64,000 nucleotides of DNA from Octopus vulgaris (Eukaryota): positions 48,112,001 to 48,176,000 of the forward strand of contig OX597828.1 of assembly GCA_951406725.2 (NCBI GenBank). The letters run 5' to 3'. The position numbers and the translations under genes are program-made. This document shows, one piece after another, positions 12,200-25,628 of this stretch (the stretch's first letter is position 1; the number at the start of each line of letters is the position of its first letter). Under the pieces are notes generated by a model. That model saw only the letters and a program-made list of their open reading frames with translations. It was not told the DNA's origin and searched no databases.

Positions 12200-13560
12200 A
12201 GCCCTAAACACCTTAATTGGACTTTCAGTGATATGGAGAAGCATAGACTTTGCCCTTGGAATTACCAAGCTATAAGACCACTAACTTGTCCCAGATGATG
12301 TGTACCTCCATAACCTCCTCATATTTTACTAGTAAAGTGCCAATCACTTCTTTTCAAAATGTTGACTTGTGTATGCAGACAAGGGTCTCCAGTATCTCAG
12401 TTTCAATGGGATACCCCTAAAAGTCTCAAGGTAGCTTTAAGAGACCAAGTGCATTATGTGAAACAGTTCCAGGAAAAAGCCATTTATTTTAATCGCCAAA
12501 CAGATACTGCAATGTATTGTAGGAATCCAGCCTCTGGACTGAAACAGTGTGTGCTTCTGATAGTGTTGGTAACTGCTCTCTGAGCAAGCATTATGCCACT
12601 ATAAATTAATCACTGCTTCAATGTAATCAGATGTATTCCTATGTTATGATGCATGAGGTGTAGATTTTTGTAGCTAGATTTGCCAGGAATCATGCAAGCT
12701 TGCAGTTACTCAAATCATTGTAAAGTTGGGTGACAAGCGTGGGAGCAGGCTTCTATTCCAGAGTATAAGATTTCTTCTGGATGGGTTTTTTTTTTCTTTC
12801 TCCCATGGGGGTTAAGTTGACCAGTACTTTGAGTAAAATTAATTAGGGGACAATGCAGAAGTCATCATAAATGAATGAGAATATTGTTTGCTGATGTATA
12901 TCAATAAAAGAAATAGATATTGAAAGAAACCTGATAAACCAATACATCATGTGATATATATTGTATGCAACTTATACAGACATGACACTCTTGTAACTGT
13001 AGCCATCTGAAATGCTTCCTATTCTCTTGAAAGTGATTGGATGGTATGACTGACAGGGAGTTATTTCAGCTTCTGAGACCAAGGATGAGGCGATCTCCTC
13101 TGCTATTACCAGGCCGAAGCTGCTGTTGGAACAGCATCCTCTGGGGCTTGCTGCAGTCTCTTTCTCTCAGGGAAGAAAGCTCTTAAGTTGCTCTAAATGT
13201 CATCAGTGTAAAAGCTGAGCTTTTGTTTCTTCATCCCCAACAGAATTGCTCTATGGTCTTTGGGGGTCATTAAGAGTCATATATTTAGACAGACCCCCAT
13301 CTGAGTACTTGGTGTTTTTGGTCACACTGGTGCTTACCACCAGCTTATACTGTGCCACAACAAAAGTTTCAATGAGTAAAGTATCAACAGCATTGACAAC
13401 ACCCTTTACAGTATCTACTGTGTAGCCATAAGTAATGTGGTGTTAGCTTCTGGAGCTTAACACACTGGCTTAGCCAGTTTCTTCTTGATTACAGCACATA
13501 TCTTTCTCGCCTAGCAGAAAATGTGCTATTTCACATTTCTGTCAGGGCTACCTACATCAT
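12200..13560 (-). mobile_element. highly degenerate L1/Tx1-like LINE reverse transcriptase remnant (boundaries approximate)
   Basis: Minus strand about 12640-12715 translates LQACMIPGKSSYKNLHLMHHNIG, similar to the Tx1/L1 QTCxIPGRSIxDNLHL motif. The surrounding sequence has many stops. Confidence 0.4.
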
Positions 13561-13569
13561 CCTTTCTAC

Positions 13570-13880
13570 AGGAAGCACAAGGCCTCAAATTTTGGCGGAG
13601 GGGGTCTAGTTGGTTACATCGACCCCAGTGTTTCACCGGTACTTAATTTATTGACCCCGAAAGGATGAAAGGCAAAGTCAACCTTGGCGGCATTTGAACT
13701 CAGAACGTGAAGACAGACGAAATACCACTAAGCATTTCGCCCGGCATGCTAATGACTACCAACTTGCCATCTTAATAATAATAATAATAATAATGGCTTC
13801 AAATTTTGCCACAAGGGCAGCAATTTTTGGGGAGGGGATGAATTGATTGCATCAACACCAATGTTCAACTGGTACTTAGG
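13570..13880 (-). mobile_element. Meta-domain SINEs (one near-complete, one partial)
   Basis: GACCCCGAAAGGATGAAAGGCAAAGTCAACC...TTTGAACTCAGAAC core and (AAT)n junction. Confidence 0.8.
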
Positions 13881-16332
13881 GGCATAAGAGGCATAAGAAA
13901 AATCCTTGTGGGTTTTTTTTTCTTTGAGAAGTTATTTTCTTTTAATTTTTACTCACTGTTCAATAAGGGACTGATGTATGACTGCACCTTCCCATGTCAC
14001 AAAGCTCCATCAGATATTTTATATCTTAAGCTCATCTACATAATGAAGCTTCAGCAAAAAAAGGAGGAAACCTACAAATGTTTTTTTTTTTTCCCTCCCT
14101 GTTTCTTAGTTCAAACTTTCCATTTATTTCTTCCCCCCGACAAAACGTGTGTTACATCAGAGTTGTTGTCAGTATTGCTGCTATTTCTATTTGAGTCAGC
14201 TAGATTGTTCAAAATTATTATTTGTCTCCAATGAAATAAACGTATTCTGTTGAGGAATGCAATTTTTTTCTTTTCATTTCCCTGTAAACTCTCTAGGGGC
14301 ATTTTGAAATGCTGGAGCTATTTTGCTGATTTACAAAACAAAAACATTTTCCATTGCAAATTAAAATTTCTTTTTTTTTGTTTTGAACACCAAACAGGGA
14401 AGAATTAACACAAGTAATTAAATTTTTATTTCTCTATTTAGAATTTTGACATAAAAAAAGTAGTCTTTTTAACATAGTTTCATCTGGTAAAAATCCACAA
14501 ATATGCGAGTGCCAGATGAAATATCTTAAAAACATCTTAATGATGGTTTCAAATATAGGAACAAGACCAGCAGTTTTAAAGAGAGGTATTAGTTGATGCT
14601 ATCAAACCCAGTATTTAACTGGTGCTTTATCACCAGCACCCCTAACCCTTCCAAAGGATAAAAGGCAAAGATTATTTCAGAACGTAAAGTTACCAAAAAA
14701 AAAAAATAAATAAAAAAAATAAAAAACATGGCATTTTGTCCACTGTTGAAACAATCCTGCAATTATTATTTTTTTTGTCATTTACCGCATTTCGAGTAAT
14801 TACAAATCACATTTTATTAACATATTTTTACAAGAAGGAAAGAAAGAAAAAAACATTAATTGTATAAAAGATCAAATTATTGAGACCCCACCCATAACCT
14901 TGCCAAAGAAACAAAAGAAAAAAGTAAACTGTTTTTAGTTCAGGCATAAAAAACAGCAGTTTTGATTGAGGGCAGGCAGAGTTGATCCTCACACTTGACT
15001 GTTAATTTATAGACCCTGGACATAGGAAAGACAAAGCTGATCTCAGCAAGATTTGAACTTGGAACAAGAAGGCCCAAAAGACTCTTAATACAGGCAGTCT
15101 CAGATGAGTTGTGTACAATGCTGAGTGCTGAGAGAATTGTCAAGACCCAGTTCTTTATATTGTGCCCCCCCCCCCCCATCCTCCCACACTTTGTGCATCC
15201 AATTGGTTAAGGAGTCAATTAGAATATTAAATGTAGCAGCCACTATACAACTCTAGAAATAGGTGTAGACTGTGAAGAATTAGTTACTGTTTAAATAAGT
15301 TATAGGAGTTATTCATTATTGACAACAACTGTAGATATGAACATGTAGCTTGTGAAACAGGGGTTTACTATGTCAACAGGGTTACACCTATAATCATTTA
15401 TATATATATATGCGTGCGTGTATACGAAGTGTAGTAATGATGAATATATACATATGTTTACAGCTGTATTGATAAATGTATACATACACACACAGAGACA
15501 TTATCATTATCATTTAACATCCATGTTCCATGCTGCCATGATGCAGTACCAGGCAGTGGCTCTCATGGCTTCTGATCTTAACTGATTGGAAGTGTTATCA
15601 TGCACATGTTTTGTATTGGCATAAAAGATGGGTTACAGCAAATATTCAGCTTGCTATCACAGATTGTTTGTCAGTTGCTTGACCTTAACCTGTTGAGCGT
15701 GTCTCTTAGTGGCTGACGATATGTGCATCTCTGATCATGAGCAGGAGTAGTGGGGGAGCATCATAGCCATGTGTTGAGAGAAATTCTTTGGGGTTTGAAT
15801 AATTCACTTCTGGAAACAAAGGTGTTTCATTTGTCGTCCTTGAACAAAGCTTATTCAAGGACTTTTTGAGCAAGCTTGGCTAACTGACCTGAAGAAAATT
15901 CTAACTGGACCCCACCTGCAAGGTCATGCACTGTTTATTTTGATATGAAATCAACATGCTGTGCATCCTTATCAGCTGGGTAGTCATAATGGGTATATTA
16001 AGCTTCGTATATTTGTAATTCAGTGTCATTTTGATGGCATGCACTACTCTCTAATTCATAATAATTCTTTCTATATTAGGTGCAAGACCTGAAATTTTGG
16101 GGGAAGGAGGCTAATGGACCACATTAACCCCAGTGCTTCACTGGTACATATTTTATCAATCCTGAAAGGATGAAAGGCAAAGTCAACCTCAGCAGTTTTT
16201 AAACTAACAATGTAAAGCCGAACGAGATGCTGCTAAGTATTTTATCTAAATGATGATGATGGTAACAATTCTGCCAGCTTGTTGCCTTGATTATAATAAT
16301 AATAATAATAACAATAATAATAATACAGAAAA

Positions 16333-16717
16333 TATGGAAGTACTCCGTCGGTTACGACGATGAGAGTTCCGGTTGATCCAAATCAACAGAACAGCCTGCT
16401 CGTGAAATTAACATGTAAGTGGCTGAGCACTCCACAGACACGTGCACCCTTAATGTAGTTCTCGGGGATATTCAGCGTGACACAGAGAGTGACAAGGCCG
16501 GCCCCTTGAAATACAGGTACAACAGAAACAGGAAGTAAGAGTGAGAGAAAGTTGTGGTGAAAGAGTACAGCAGGGATCACCACCATCCCCTGCCGGAGCC
16601 TCGTGGAGCTTTTAGGTGTTTTCGCTCAATAAACTCTCACAACGCCTGGTCTGGGAATCGAAACCGCGATCCTATGATCACGAGTCCGCTGCCCTAACCA
16701 CTGGGCCATTGCACCTC
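16333..16717 (-). mobile_element. tRNA-derived SINE, family C, near full length
   Basis: Minus strand A-box TGGCCCAGTGG, B-box-like GTTTCGATTCC. Head shared with 19311-19467; 3' part shared with about 36570-36675, 42370-42490 and 56305-56510. Confidence 0.8.
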
Positions 16718-17399
16718 ACAGAAAATAGCACTACTAGGCACCACACACATCCTACATAAAGCACTTTGAATACAGTGAAAATAAGAGCGTCACAACAAAC
16801 CACAGCACATGCCCATGGCACATACCCATGGCACATAGAGCTGTGCTCAGTAGTACAGTGAAAGCACATGATAAAAATAAGAATACGGAATAATAATAAT
16901 AATAATTAATAATAATAATGATGAAGAAAATTACTGCAATAACTCAGCATAAAAATAGAAAAGAGGCGGAGACAAATAAATAAGAAACTAGACAAAAACA
17001 AAAAAAACAGAGGACACTTCAAATTTAAAAACAAAAATGAATAAATTAAAACGCGAAGCAGAAATAGAAACGAGATAAATCAATAACTGATTAAAAATAT
17101 AATCCTTGCTTAAGTCTAATTAATATGCTTAATATTCATATATTCCTTAAGGCAGTCAGCTGGCGCAATCGTTAGCACGCTGGATAAAATGCTAAATAGC
17201 ATTTTGTCTGTCCTTACATTCCGAGTTCAAATTCTGCCAAGTCTGACTTTACCTTTCATCTTTTCAGATTCGATAAAATAAGTACCAGCTGAACACTAGG
17301 GGTCGATGTAATCAACTTAGCCCCTCCCCCAAACTTGCTGGCCAAAATTTGAATCCTATATTCATATATATTCCATGTTACCTACTGTTATATTCTAGC

Positions 17400-17573
17400 C
17401 AAGTGGTTCTCAACTGCAGCTCTCAGGGCCATATGTGGCCCTTAATGGGGTTCTCTCGATAAACATAAGTTTTTCTTTAGTTGACTAGTACTTTACGTTC
17501 TTTTGGTGTGACCCCCTAAAAAATTCCAGGTTTTGGATCTGGTCTGGATATTAAAATGGTTGAGATCTGCTTG
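17400..17573. mobile_element. hAT-like MITE
   Basis: Imperfect TIRs CAAGTGGTTCTCAAC / GTTGAGATCTGCTTG. Confidence 0.5.
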
Positions 17574-17612
17574 GCTAGCCAGTCTAAGAAGAGACCAGCT
17601 TTTCTCTCTCAC

Positions 17613-17653
<41 letters not shown>

Positions 17654-19310
17654 GACAGACAGAGTAAGACATGTGATAAGATATTATAGTGTTAACTGAG
17701 GCTCAACCAATCTCTGACCGGCAGCAATTTAACAAATAGCCATTTGAAGACAGACACCCTTTTTTAGTATGTATAGTTGGGTAAGTGGGAGACATACAGT
17801 ATCAGCCCTTCTCAGATAGGAGACGAAGTGGGGGTTAGGATTAAAAAAAAAAAACAAGAGGGGAAAAAGGAGTTTTATTGATGAATTAATTAATGAAGAA
17901 AAACGATAGCTGGAATGGTAATAAGAACAGGAACTGGAGGTAGGGATTAATATTAGCTAATAAGAAGGCAGCAAACTGGGAGAATTGTTAGCATGCCAGA
18001 TAAAATCCTTAGCAGTATTTCATCTATTTTTACATTCTGAGTTCAAATACCACTGAGATTGACTTTGCTTTTCATCCTCTTAGGGTCGATAAAACAAGTG
18101 TCAATTGAGCACTGGGGTCAATGTAATCGATTTAGCTCTCCCTTGAAATTGCTGGCTTTGTGCCAAAATTTAAAACCAATATTAGCAAATAGGAGAAAAA
18201 AAAATTCTTTATGCTGTTGTTATTTAAGCCTAAGCTGGCTATGCTTAAGCAGCAGACCTGTAATCAAAGGTATTTAAATGCTGATCGTCACATCAGGATT
18301 TTTTTTTTTTTTTAGAATAGGCACAGGTGTGACTGTGTGGTAAGAAGCTTATTTTCCAATCACATGGTTTTGGGTTCAGTCCCACTGCGTGGCACCTTGG
18401 GCAAGTGTCTTCTACTGTAGCCTTGGGCTGACCAAAGTCTTGTGAGTGGATTTGAAAGAAGCCCATCATATACATGTATATATATCTATGCGTGTGAGTA
18501 TCTTTGTCAATTAGTAGTGGGGATACACAAACACCGATACAACCAGTGTTAGTGTGTTTACATCCCTGTAACTTAGCAGTTCAGCAAAAGAGACTGATGA
18601 AATAAGTAGCAGGCTTAACAAAAGACAAGTCCTGGTGTTGATTTTTTTCATATAAAACCCTTCAAGGTGGTGTCCCAACATGGATGTAGTCAAATAACTG
18701 AAAATAATAAAAGATAGTGTAACAGGCATCAAACCATTCAGGGGTCAGTTACTTGTAGTCTCCATCATTGGTCCCTCAACCATTTTCGAACCAAAGAATG
18801 GTTTCATGCAAGACCATTTTTCTTTGGACTGGGAGATCATGCACAAAACAAAACTCAAAGTGCAAATATACAATTTAATTTTTACATATATAATACATAT
18901 ATGTAAGGCACGGGTGTGGCTGTGTGGTAAGAAGTTTACTCCCCAACCATATTTTTCTGGGTACAGTCCCATTGTGTGGCCCCTTGGGCAAATGTCATCT
19001 ACCATAGCCATGGGCTGACCAAAACCATGAGGGTGGACTTGGTAGATAGAAACTGAAAGAAGCCTATCATGTGTGTGTGTGTGTGTGTGTCTCTTTGTGT
19101 CTGTGTTTGTCTCTCACCATTGCTTGACAACCAGTGTTGGTGTGCTTACATCCCCGTAACTTAGTAGTTTGGCAAAAAGAGATAGATAAAATAAGTGTCA
19201 GGCTTAGAAATACATATGTGTACTGGGTCAATTTGTGCAACTAAAATTTCTTAAGGAATGCCCCAATATGGCTGAAACAAGTAAAAACAAAATAAAAATA
19301 TATAATGCAA

Positions 19311-19467
19311 TGGCCTAGTGGTTAGGGCAGCGGACTCGCGGTCGCAGGATCGCGGTTTCGATTCTCAGACCGGGCGTTGTGTGTGTTTATTGAGCGAAAA
19401 CACCTAAAAGCTCTACGAGGCTCCGGCAGGGGGTGGTGGTGATCCCTGCTGTACTCTTTCACCACAA
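19311..19467 (+). mobile_element. family C SINE head fragment
   Basis: TGGCCTAGTGGTTAGGGCAGCGGACTCG...GTTTCGATTCTCAG, matching the head of 16333-16717. Confidence 0.8.
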
Positions 19468-19592
19468 TGGCGGTGCCCCAGCATGGCCACAGCTCAAGAG
19501 CTGAAACTGGAAAAACAAACATACAAATGCAAAAACAGCCTGTGACGTTCAATTAAAAATAGAAATAAAATTTTAAAATGTATTCTTTCTGC

Positions 19593-19645
19593 ACAACCTG
19601 GTACCACATGATCCACAACCTGGTACCACATGATCCACAACCTGG
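19593..19645. repeat. 22-bp tandem duplication (about 2.4 copies)
   Basis: ACAACCTGGTACCACATGATCC x2 + ACAACCTGG. Confidence 0.9.
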
Positions 19646-20826
19646 AGGTAGGGTACTTCTGTGACTCCAGCACAAAGCTGAGCATTATCTTTAGAAGTTC
19701 ATAGAAGTTTATTGTAGCAGTAATAAAGCGAGATATTGCAGTAGCAACTCAGGCACATGGTGCAGTACTAATACAGTGTTTTTATAGTAATTACTGCAGT
19801 TAAAACATGTTGCAGCAGAGATACAGTAAAATGCAAGAGAAATGCAGCAATGTAGGAGGGGTACAGTAAATGCACAGCAGGGGGTACAGTCGTCGTGCAG
19901 TAGTAATGCAGTGGTCATACAGGAAATAATATATTAGAAAAACATTTTAGCAGCCTAACCTAAAATATGTTAACATAAAAATGAAGTCTTGCAGAAAAAA
20001 AAATTGAAAGGAAAACAAAATAAATAAAAGACAAACACTAGTAGATTTATTTTCAGTTTTCTTTTTCTCTGTATTTCTATAATGTATCATTTTAATGAAC
20101 AACCATATTGTTTGGCTCTATGTTCTCCAAAGAACTAATCTTTGGTTCATTGCTTTTCAGATGGTAGAACGACAATAGAGTATCATGTCTGTATAAGTTG
20201 CGTATAATAAATACCACACCACTACATATTATTTTATCGGTTTTTCACTCAATATCTACGTCTTTCACTGACATACACCAAGAAAGGACATACACACTCA
20301 TGTATTTATACCTAGTTTCTATCTAGTTTCCTTGTTTAATTTTACTCATATTACAACTGGTCAACTCAACCTTGTGATTGGTGACAATTGTTCAAAAGTA
20401 CCGTGTAGCAAGATTGAACATGTCATCACATGATTAGCGAAGTAAATAATTTCTAAACGAAACGGCCATGCCTGCCGATTCTTCACAACCCCCTCTCAAG
20501 TATTTCTGAATGAGAGGTCAATAGAAATGACTTGAGAGAGAATGACAAATTATATAATTAAGAACAGTTATTGAATAAAGTAAAGATCCATTTCTGCTAA
20601 AGTCCAATCGCCTAACGAGGATCAATATAACATCCCCTCTACAGCTTGTGCTCTCATAATATTAGAAGCCATTGTAACTAATCGAGCATGCGCGTACACA
20701 CACACACATGCAGATAAATAGGTAAATAAATGGATAGGTATAAATGTATACATAGAGAGATATTCATAAATGACTCATGCATTTTATGATCACGACTGTG
20801 ATCACACCCTGCTGTTATCATCATCA

Positions 20827-20859
<33 letters not shown>

Positions 20860-20861
<2 letters not shown>

Positions 20862-21890
20862 AAGGTAGTGGGTTGGCCATGCTTTTAATGTTGCAGCAAT
20901 AACCTTGCAGTATTTATTCTACTAGTTCTTGACATTCTGAGTTCAAAACCTGCTGAGGTCAACGTTATCCTTAATCCCTTTGGGGGCTGATAAACTTAGG
21001 AAACAATTGGCAACAAACTGGTAGAATCTCACAAAATGCTGAGTGGGATTTCCTTCAGCTCTTTACATTCTGAGTCCAAATGCCACTGAGGCCAAACCTT
21101 GCCTTTCTTCTTTTAGGGGGTCAATAAAATAAGCACCAGTTGAGCACTAGGGTCAATATAATTGCCTAACCTTGCTCCTCCAAAATTTCAGGTCTTGTGC
21201 CCATAACAGAAAAGATTATTATTAATAAGGCAGCAATCTGGTAGAAATGCTACTACACTGGACAAACTGCTTAGTAGTATTGCTTCTGGCTTTTACATTC
21301 TGAGTTCGAATTCTGCTAAAGTCAACTGTGCTGTTCATCCGTTTGGGATCAAGAAAATAAGTACTAATTGAGTACTGAGGTCAATGTATTCAATATATAA
21401 ATTGAAATTATTATTATTATTATTATTATTAAGGCAGTGAGCTGGCAGAATCATTAGCATGCTAGGCAAAAGGCTACAAAGCATTTCATCTGGCTTCACA
21501 TTCCGAGTTCAAATTCTGCCAAAGTTAACTTTGTCTTTCATCCTTTTGGAGTAGTTAAAATAAGTACCAGTCAAGTACTGGGGTCAATGCAATCAACTTG
21601 CCTCCTTCCTGAACTTGCTGGTTTGCGCCAAAATTATTATTATTATTAAGGTGGCAAGCTGGCAGAATTGTTAGCATACTAGGCGAAATGCTTAAGTGCT
21701 TAGTGGTACTTCATCAGCCGCTACGCTGTGAGTCCAAATTCTGCTGGGATTGTCGTTGCCTTTCATCCTTTCGGGGTCGATTAAATAAGTACCAGTTACG
21801 CACTGGAGTTGATGTAATCGACTCAATCTCTTTGTTCGTCCTTGTTTGTCCCCTCTATGTTTAGCCCCTTGAGGGCAATAAAAAAATAAA
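20860..21890 (+). mobile_element. head-to-tail array of about 5 Meta-domain SINEs
   Basis: Recurring CATTCTGAGTTCAAA...TTTCATCCTTT...AAGTACCAG units joined by (ATT)n. Confidence 0.8.
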
Positions 21891-23167
21891 TATTAGAAGT
21901 CACTGTAACTAATTGCGCACGTGTGCACACACACACACACACACACACAGATAAATAGGTAAATAAATGGATAGGTATAAATGTATACATAGAGAGATGT
22001 GCATAAATGACTCATGCGTTTTATGATCACGACTGTGATCACACCCTGCTTTTATTATCATCATCATTATTATTATTATAAAGGTAGTGGGTTGGCCATG
22101 TTTTTAATGTTGCAGCAATAACCTTGCAGTATTTATTCTACTAGTTCTTTACATTCTGAGTTCAAAACCTGCTGAGGTCAACATTATCCTTAAACCCTTT
22201 GGAGCTGATAAACTTCATCCTTTCGGGGTCGATTAAACAGGTACCAGTTATGCACTGGGATTGATGTAATCAACTTAATCCCTTCTACAAATTTGAGGCC
22301 TTGTGCTTCCTGTAGAAATTATTATTATTATTATTATTATTATGATTATCCAGTGAGTAGGATAATTGCAGATGAAATAGTGGCTGACATATTCTTATTG
22401 TCAAATGTTCACACAACACAGAAAATATCCTGAGTGCTTAAGATGCTTGAGGGTCGATTCTGCTTTGTAGCAATTGGGGCATGTGGCTTCTACCACAGTT
22501 TCAATGCCTTGTGAGTAGAATTTGGTAGACAGAAAGTGCACAGAATCCCATTGTAGGGGTGTGTGTGTGCATTTTGCCTATGATTGTTGTTGAGAAAACA
22601 AAACAAGCTGGTGCTTTCAAATAAAAATATTGTGTGAAATATTTGTCTTACTTGAGTTGTATAAACAATCAACAATCCTCCATCTCCCATGCCAAAAGAA
22701 ACAAAGTAAACTACTAATTAGCTAATTAGCTTATTGGATATCTGTTGTTAACAACACTATTGTTTACCTATTTCCATATAAAATAAACAAACCATTATTA
22801 ATAGGTACAGGTGTGACTGGGTGGTGTGAAATTTGCTTCTTGACCATACAGGGAGGGGGTCTAGTCAATTATATTGACCTCAATGCCCATCTGGTACTTA
22901 TTTTATTGACCACTAAAGGAATGAAAGGCAAAGTCACCCTCAGTGGGATTTGAACTCAGAACATATAGCTGAAAGAAATGCTACTAAGCATTTTGTCCAA
23001 CATGGTAACAATTCTTCCAGAAGGCCAGCAAATTTTTTAGCAGAAAGGTAAATTGATTATATTCAACACCAGTATTTAATTGTTACTTATTTAATCAACT
23101 CTGAATTTGAACCCAGAACGTAGTGGCAGATGAAATACTGCAAAGCATTCTGTTAGCTTGCCACCTT

Positions 23168-23218
<51 letters not shown>

Positions 23219-23220
23219 TA

Positions 23221-23799
23221 ACAACGAGCACTCAGAGAGTGCAAACCTCCATCAAGGCAACACCAACATTCTCTCAATGATTAGTCAGAGGTGATTTTTA
23301 AAATGAGAATATCTGAAATAAACTCGACTGCTCTCACAAAAGAGAATACTAAAAATGAACCTGACCACTCTCAAAAATTAAGCAAAATAAAAAAAAAAAA
23401 AAAGGGGGAAATAATCCAGAATCCTTGTCATGTACCTGGTCAATAGTAGTCATGAAATGTGAAGGTTGCTGTAAAAAATTTAGTAACAGTAATAAATAGT
23501 TTATCCTTATCTAATACAAATCAAAGTTAGTAAATTCACCATTCAAAATAATTACAGCCTAAAAGAGACAACCGAGAAAGACTTGAAAGTTAAAGTAAGA
23601 TTGTAATCACGTAAAGTAAATATATAGGCGCAGGAGTGGCTGTGTGGTAAGTAGCTTGCTAACCAACCACATGGTTCCGGGTTCAGTCCCACTGCGTGGC
23701 ATCTTGGGCAAGTGTCTTCTGCTATAGCCCTGGGCCGACCAATGCCTTGTGAGTGGATTTGGTAGACGGAAACTGAAAGAAGCCTGTCGTATATATATG

Positions 23800-23863
<64 letters not shown>

Positions 23864-24264
23864 TGTGTGTGTTTGTGTGTCTGTGTTTGTCCCCCTAGCA
23901 TTGCTTGACAACCGATGCTGGTGTGTTTACGTCCCCGTCACTTAGCGGTTCGGCAAAAGAGTCCGATAGAATAAGTACTGGACTTACAAAGAATAAGTCC
24001 AGGGGTCGATTTGCTCGACTAAAGGCGGTGCTCCAGCATGGCCGCAGTCAAATGACTGAAACAAGTAAAAGAAAAATAACAAATAATCCAGAATCCTTGT
24101 CCGGTAGTGGATCAATCCCAAAGTCTAATCAGTTCATGCCAGCCACAAGGCTAAACATCCTTGAAAGTTTCATCCGGATCCATCCAGCAGTTCTTGAGAT
24201 ATCTTGTCCATGGACAAACAAACACCTGAAAACAATACCTCCACCTTTGCTAAGGCAGAGGTAA
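23221..24264 (+). mobile_element. Helentron/HINE (DINE-1-like) non-autonomous element interrupted by a family A SINE
   Basis: Begins ACAACGAGCACTCAGAGAGTGCAAACCTCCATCAAGG and ends in the hairpin TACCTCCACCTTTGCTAAGGCAGAGGTAA, whose arm is complementary to the 5' subterminal ACCTCC..AAGG. Confidence 0.55.
23627..24072 (+). mobile_element. family A SINE, young full-length copy
   Basis: A-box TGGCTGTGTGG, B-box GGTTCAGTCCC, internal (TA)n(TG)n, tail GACTGAAACAAGTAAAAG. Confidence 0.92.
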
Positions 24265-24757
24265 TAATCCTTTCAACTATAGGCACAAGTCTTGGAATTT
24301 TAAGGGAAGGAGCCTAGTCAATCACACTGACCCCATTGCTTGACTAGTACTTTATTAACTCTGAAAGGATGAAAAGCAAAGTTGACTTTGGCAGAATTTG
24401 AACTCAGAATGGGAAGATGAATGAAATGCCACCAAGTCTTTTGTTTGGTGGGCTAATGAATAATAATCCTTTCTACTATAGGCACAAGACCTGAAATTTT
24501 GATGAGTGGGGGAGGGGGTCTAGTTGATTACATTGACCTCCAGTGCTTGAATGGTACTTATTTTTATTGACCCTGAAAGGATAAAAAGCAAAGTTGACCT
24601 CAGTGGAATTTGAACTCAGATTGTAAAGATAGGTGAAATCCTGCTAAGCATTTTACCTCGTGTGCCAACAATTCTGCCAGCTTGCTGCGATAATAATAAT
24701 GATAATAATCCTTTCTACTATAGACACAAGGCCTGAAACTTTAGTGAGAGGACTAGT

Positions 24758-24760
<3 letters not shown>
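24265..24760 (-). mobile_element. head-to-tail Meta-domain SINE array
   Basis: Repeated AATAATCCTTTCTACTATAGGCACAAG...GAAAGGATGAAAAGCAAAGTTGAC units. Confidence 0.8.
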
Positions 24761-24791
<31 letters not shown>

Positions 24792-25591
24792 AATAATAAT
24801 AATGGTTTCTGGTTTAGGTACAAGGCCAACAAGGAGGGGGAATGATGATGATGGTCTGTAATATAGTCTCAGAGAGACAGATTTTAGGAGAAAGAAGTGT
24901 TGATTGATTCATCCATAAATAGTATTTGGTTGGTTCTTATTACATCAACTCGTAAAAGATGAAAGGCAAAGTTCAGCCTGATGGCATTTGAGTTTGGAAG
25001 GAAAATGGATGGAACTAATTACGAAAAGACCACTGCAGATTCCATCATTTTCTGATGTGTAACAACAGTAATTTCTACTATAGACGCATGGTCACTGTAC
25101 AGAAGTATAACAAGAGGATGTAGGGCTTAGTGAATTCAATCAACATTAGTATACAAGTGGTACTTATTGGTCCCAGACAAGCAAAAGGTAAAACCAATAC
25201 TTGAAGGGATTAGAACAGAATGCAAAAATGCAAAGGGACATTGTACAATTTACTTAAATAGCACAAAGAATTTTGTGTAACACTAATAATTCTAGCAATC
25301 TATCACCCTTATAACAACAACAAAAGCAACAACAGTCCATATTGATAAATGCCATAAATATTCTTCCCCGCAACCAGCATGCTCGGAAACCTAATTGTGG
25401 TTCGAAGTAGTAGCCTCCAACCATTCCTTCCTGCTTCCACCATGGCCAACCGTTCAATACAGCAAGCAGGCTTTTCCTCAGTATTGATTGAGAGCCAATA
25501 TCAATAATAAATAAATAAAACAAAAATGAAAAAAAAAAAAAAAAAATAGCCTGCTTCCGAATGACTCAGCACCATCAAGTCAAAAGAGACA

Positions 25592-25628
<37 letters not shown>

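Noticed and set aside
13600-13720. Minus-strand translation VDFAFHPFG resembling the missing DET1 C-terminal motif VAFTFHPF
   Set aside because: It is the core of a SINE present dozens of times in both orientations; no flanking DET1 residues; coincidence.
19311-19385. Possible tRNA gene
   Set aside because: A/B boxes are present but there is no convincing cloverleaf, and it continues into SINE body shared with 16333-16717.
23552-24264. Recurrent ORFs such as MTTDAGVFTSPSLSG... and ...IAEDTCPRCHAVGLNPEPCGW... suggesting a gene family
   Set aside because: Translations of family A SINE copies, not genes.
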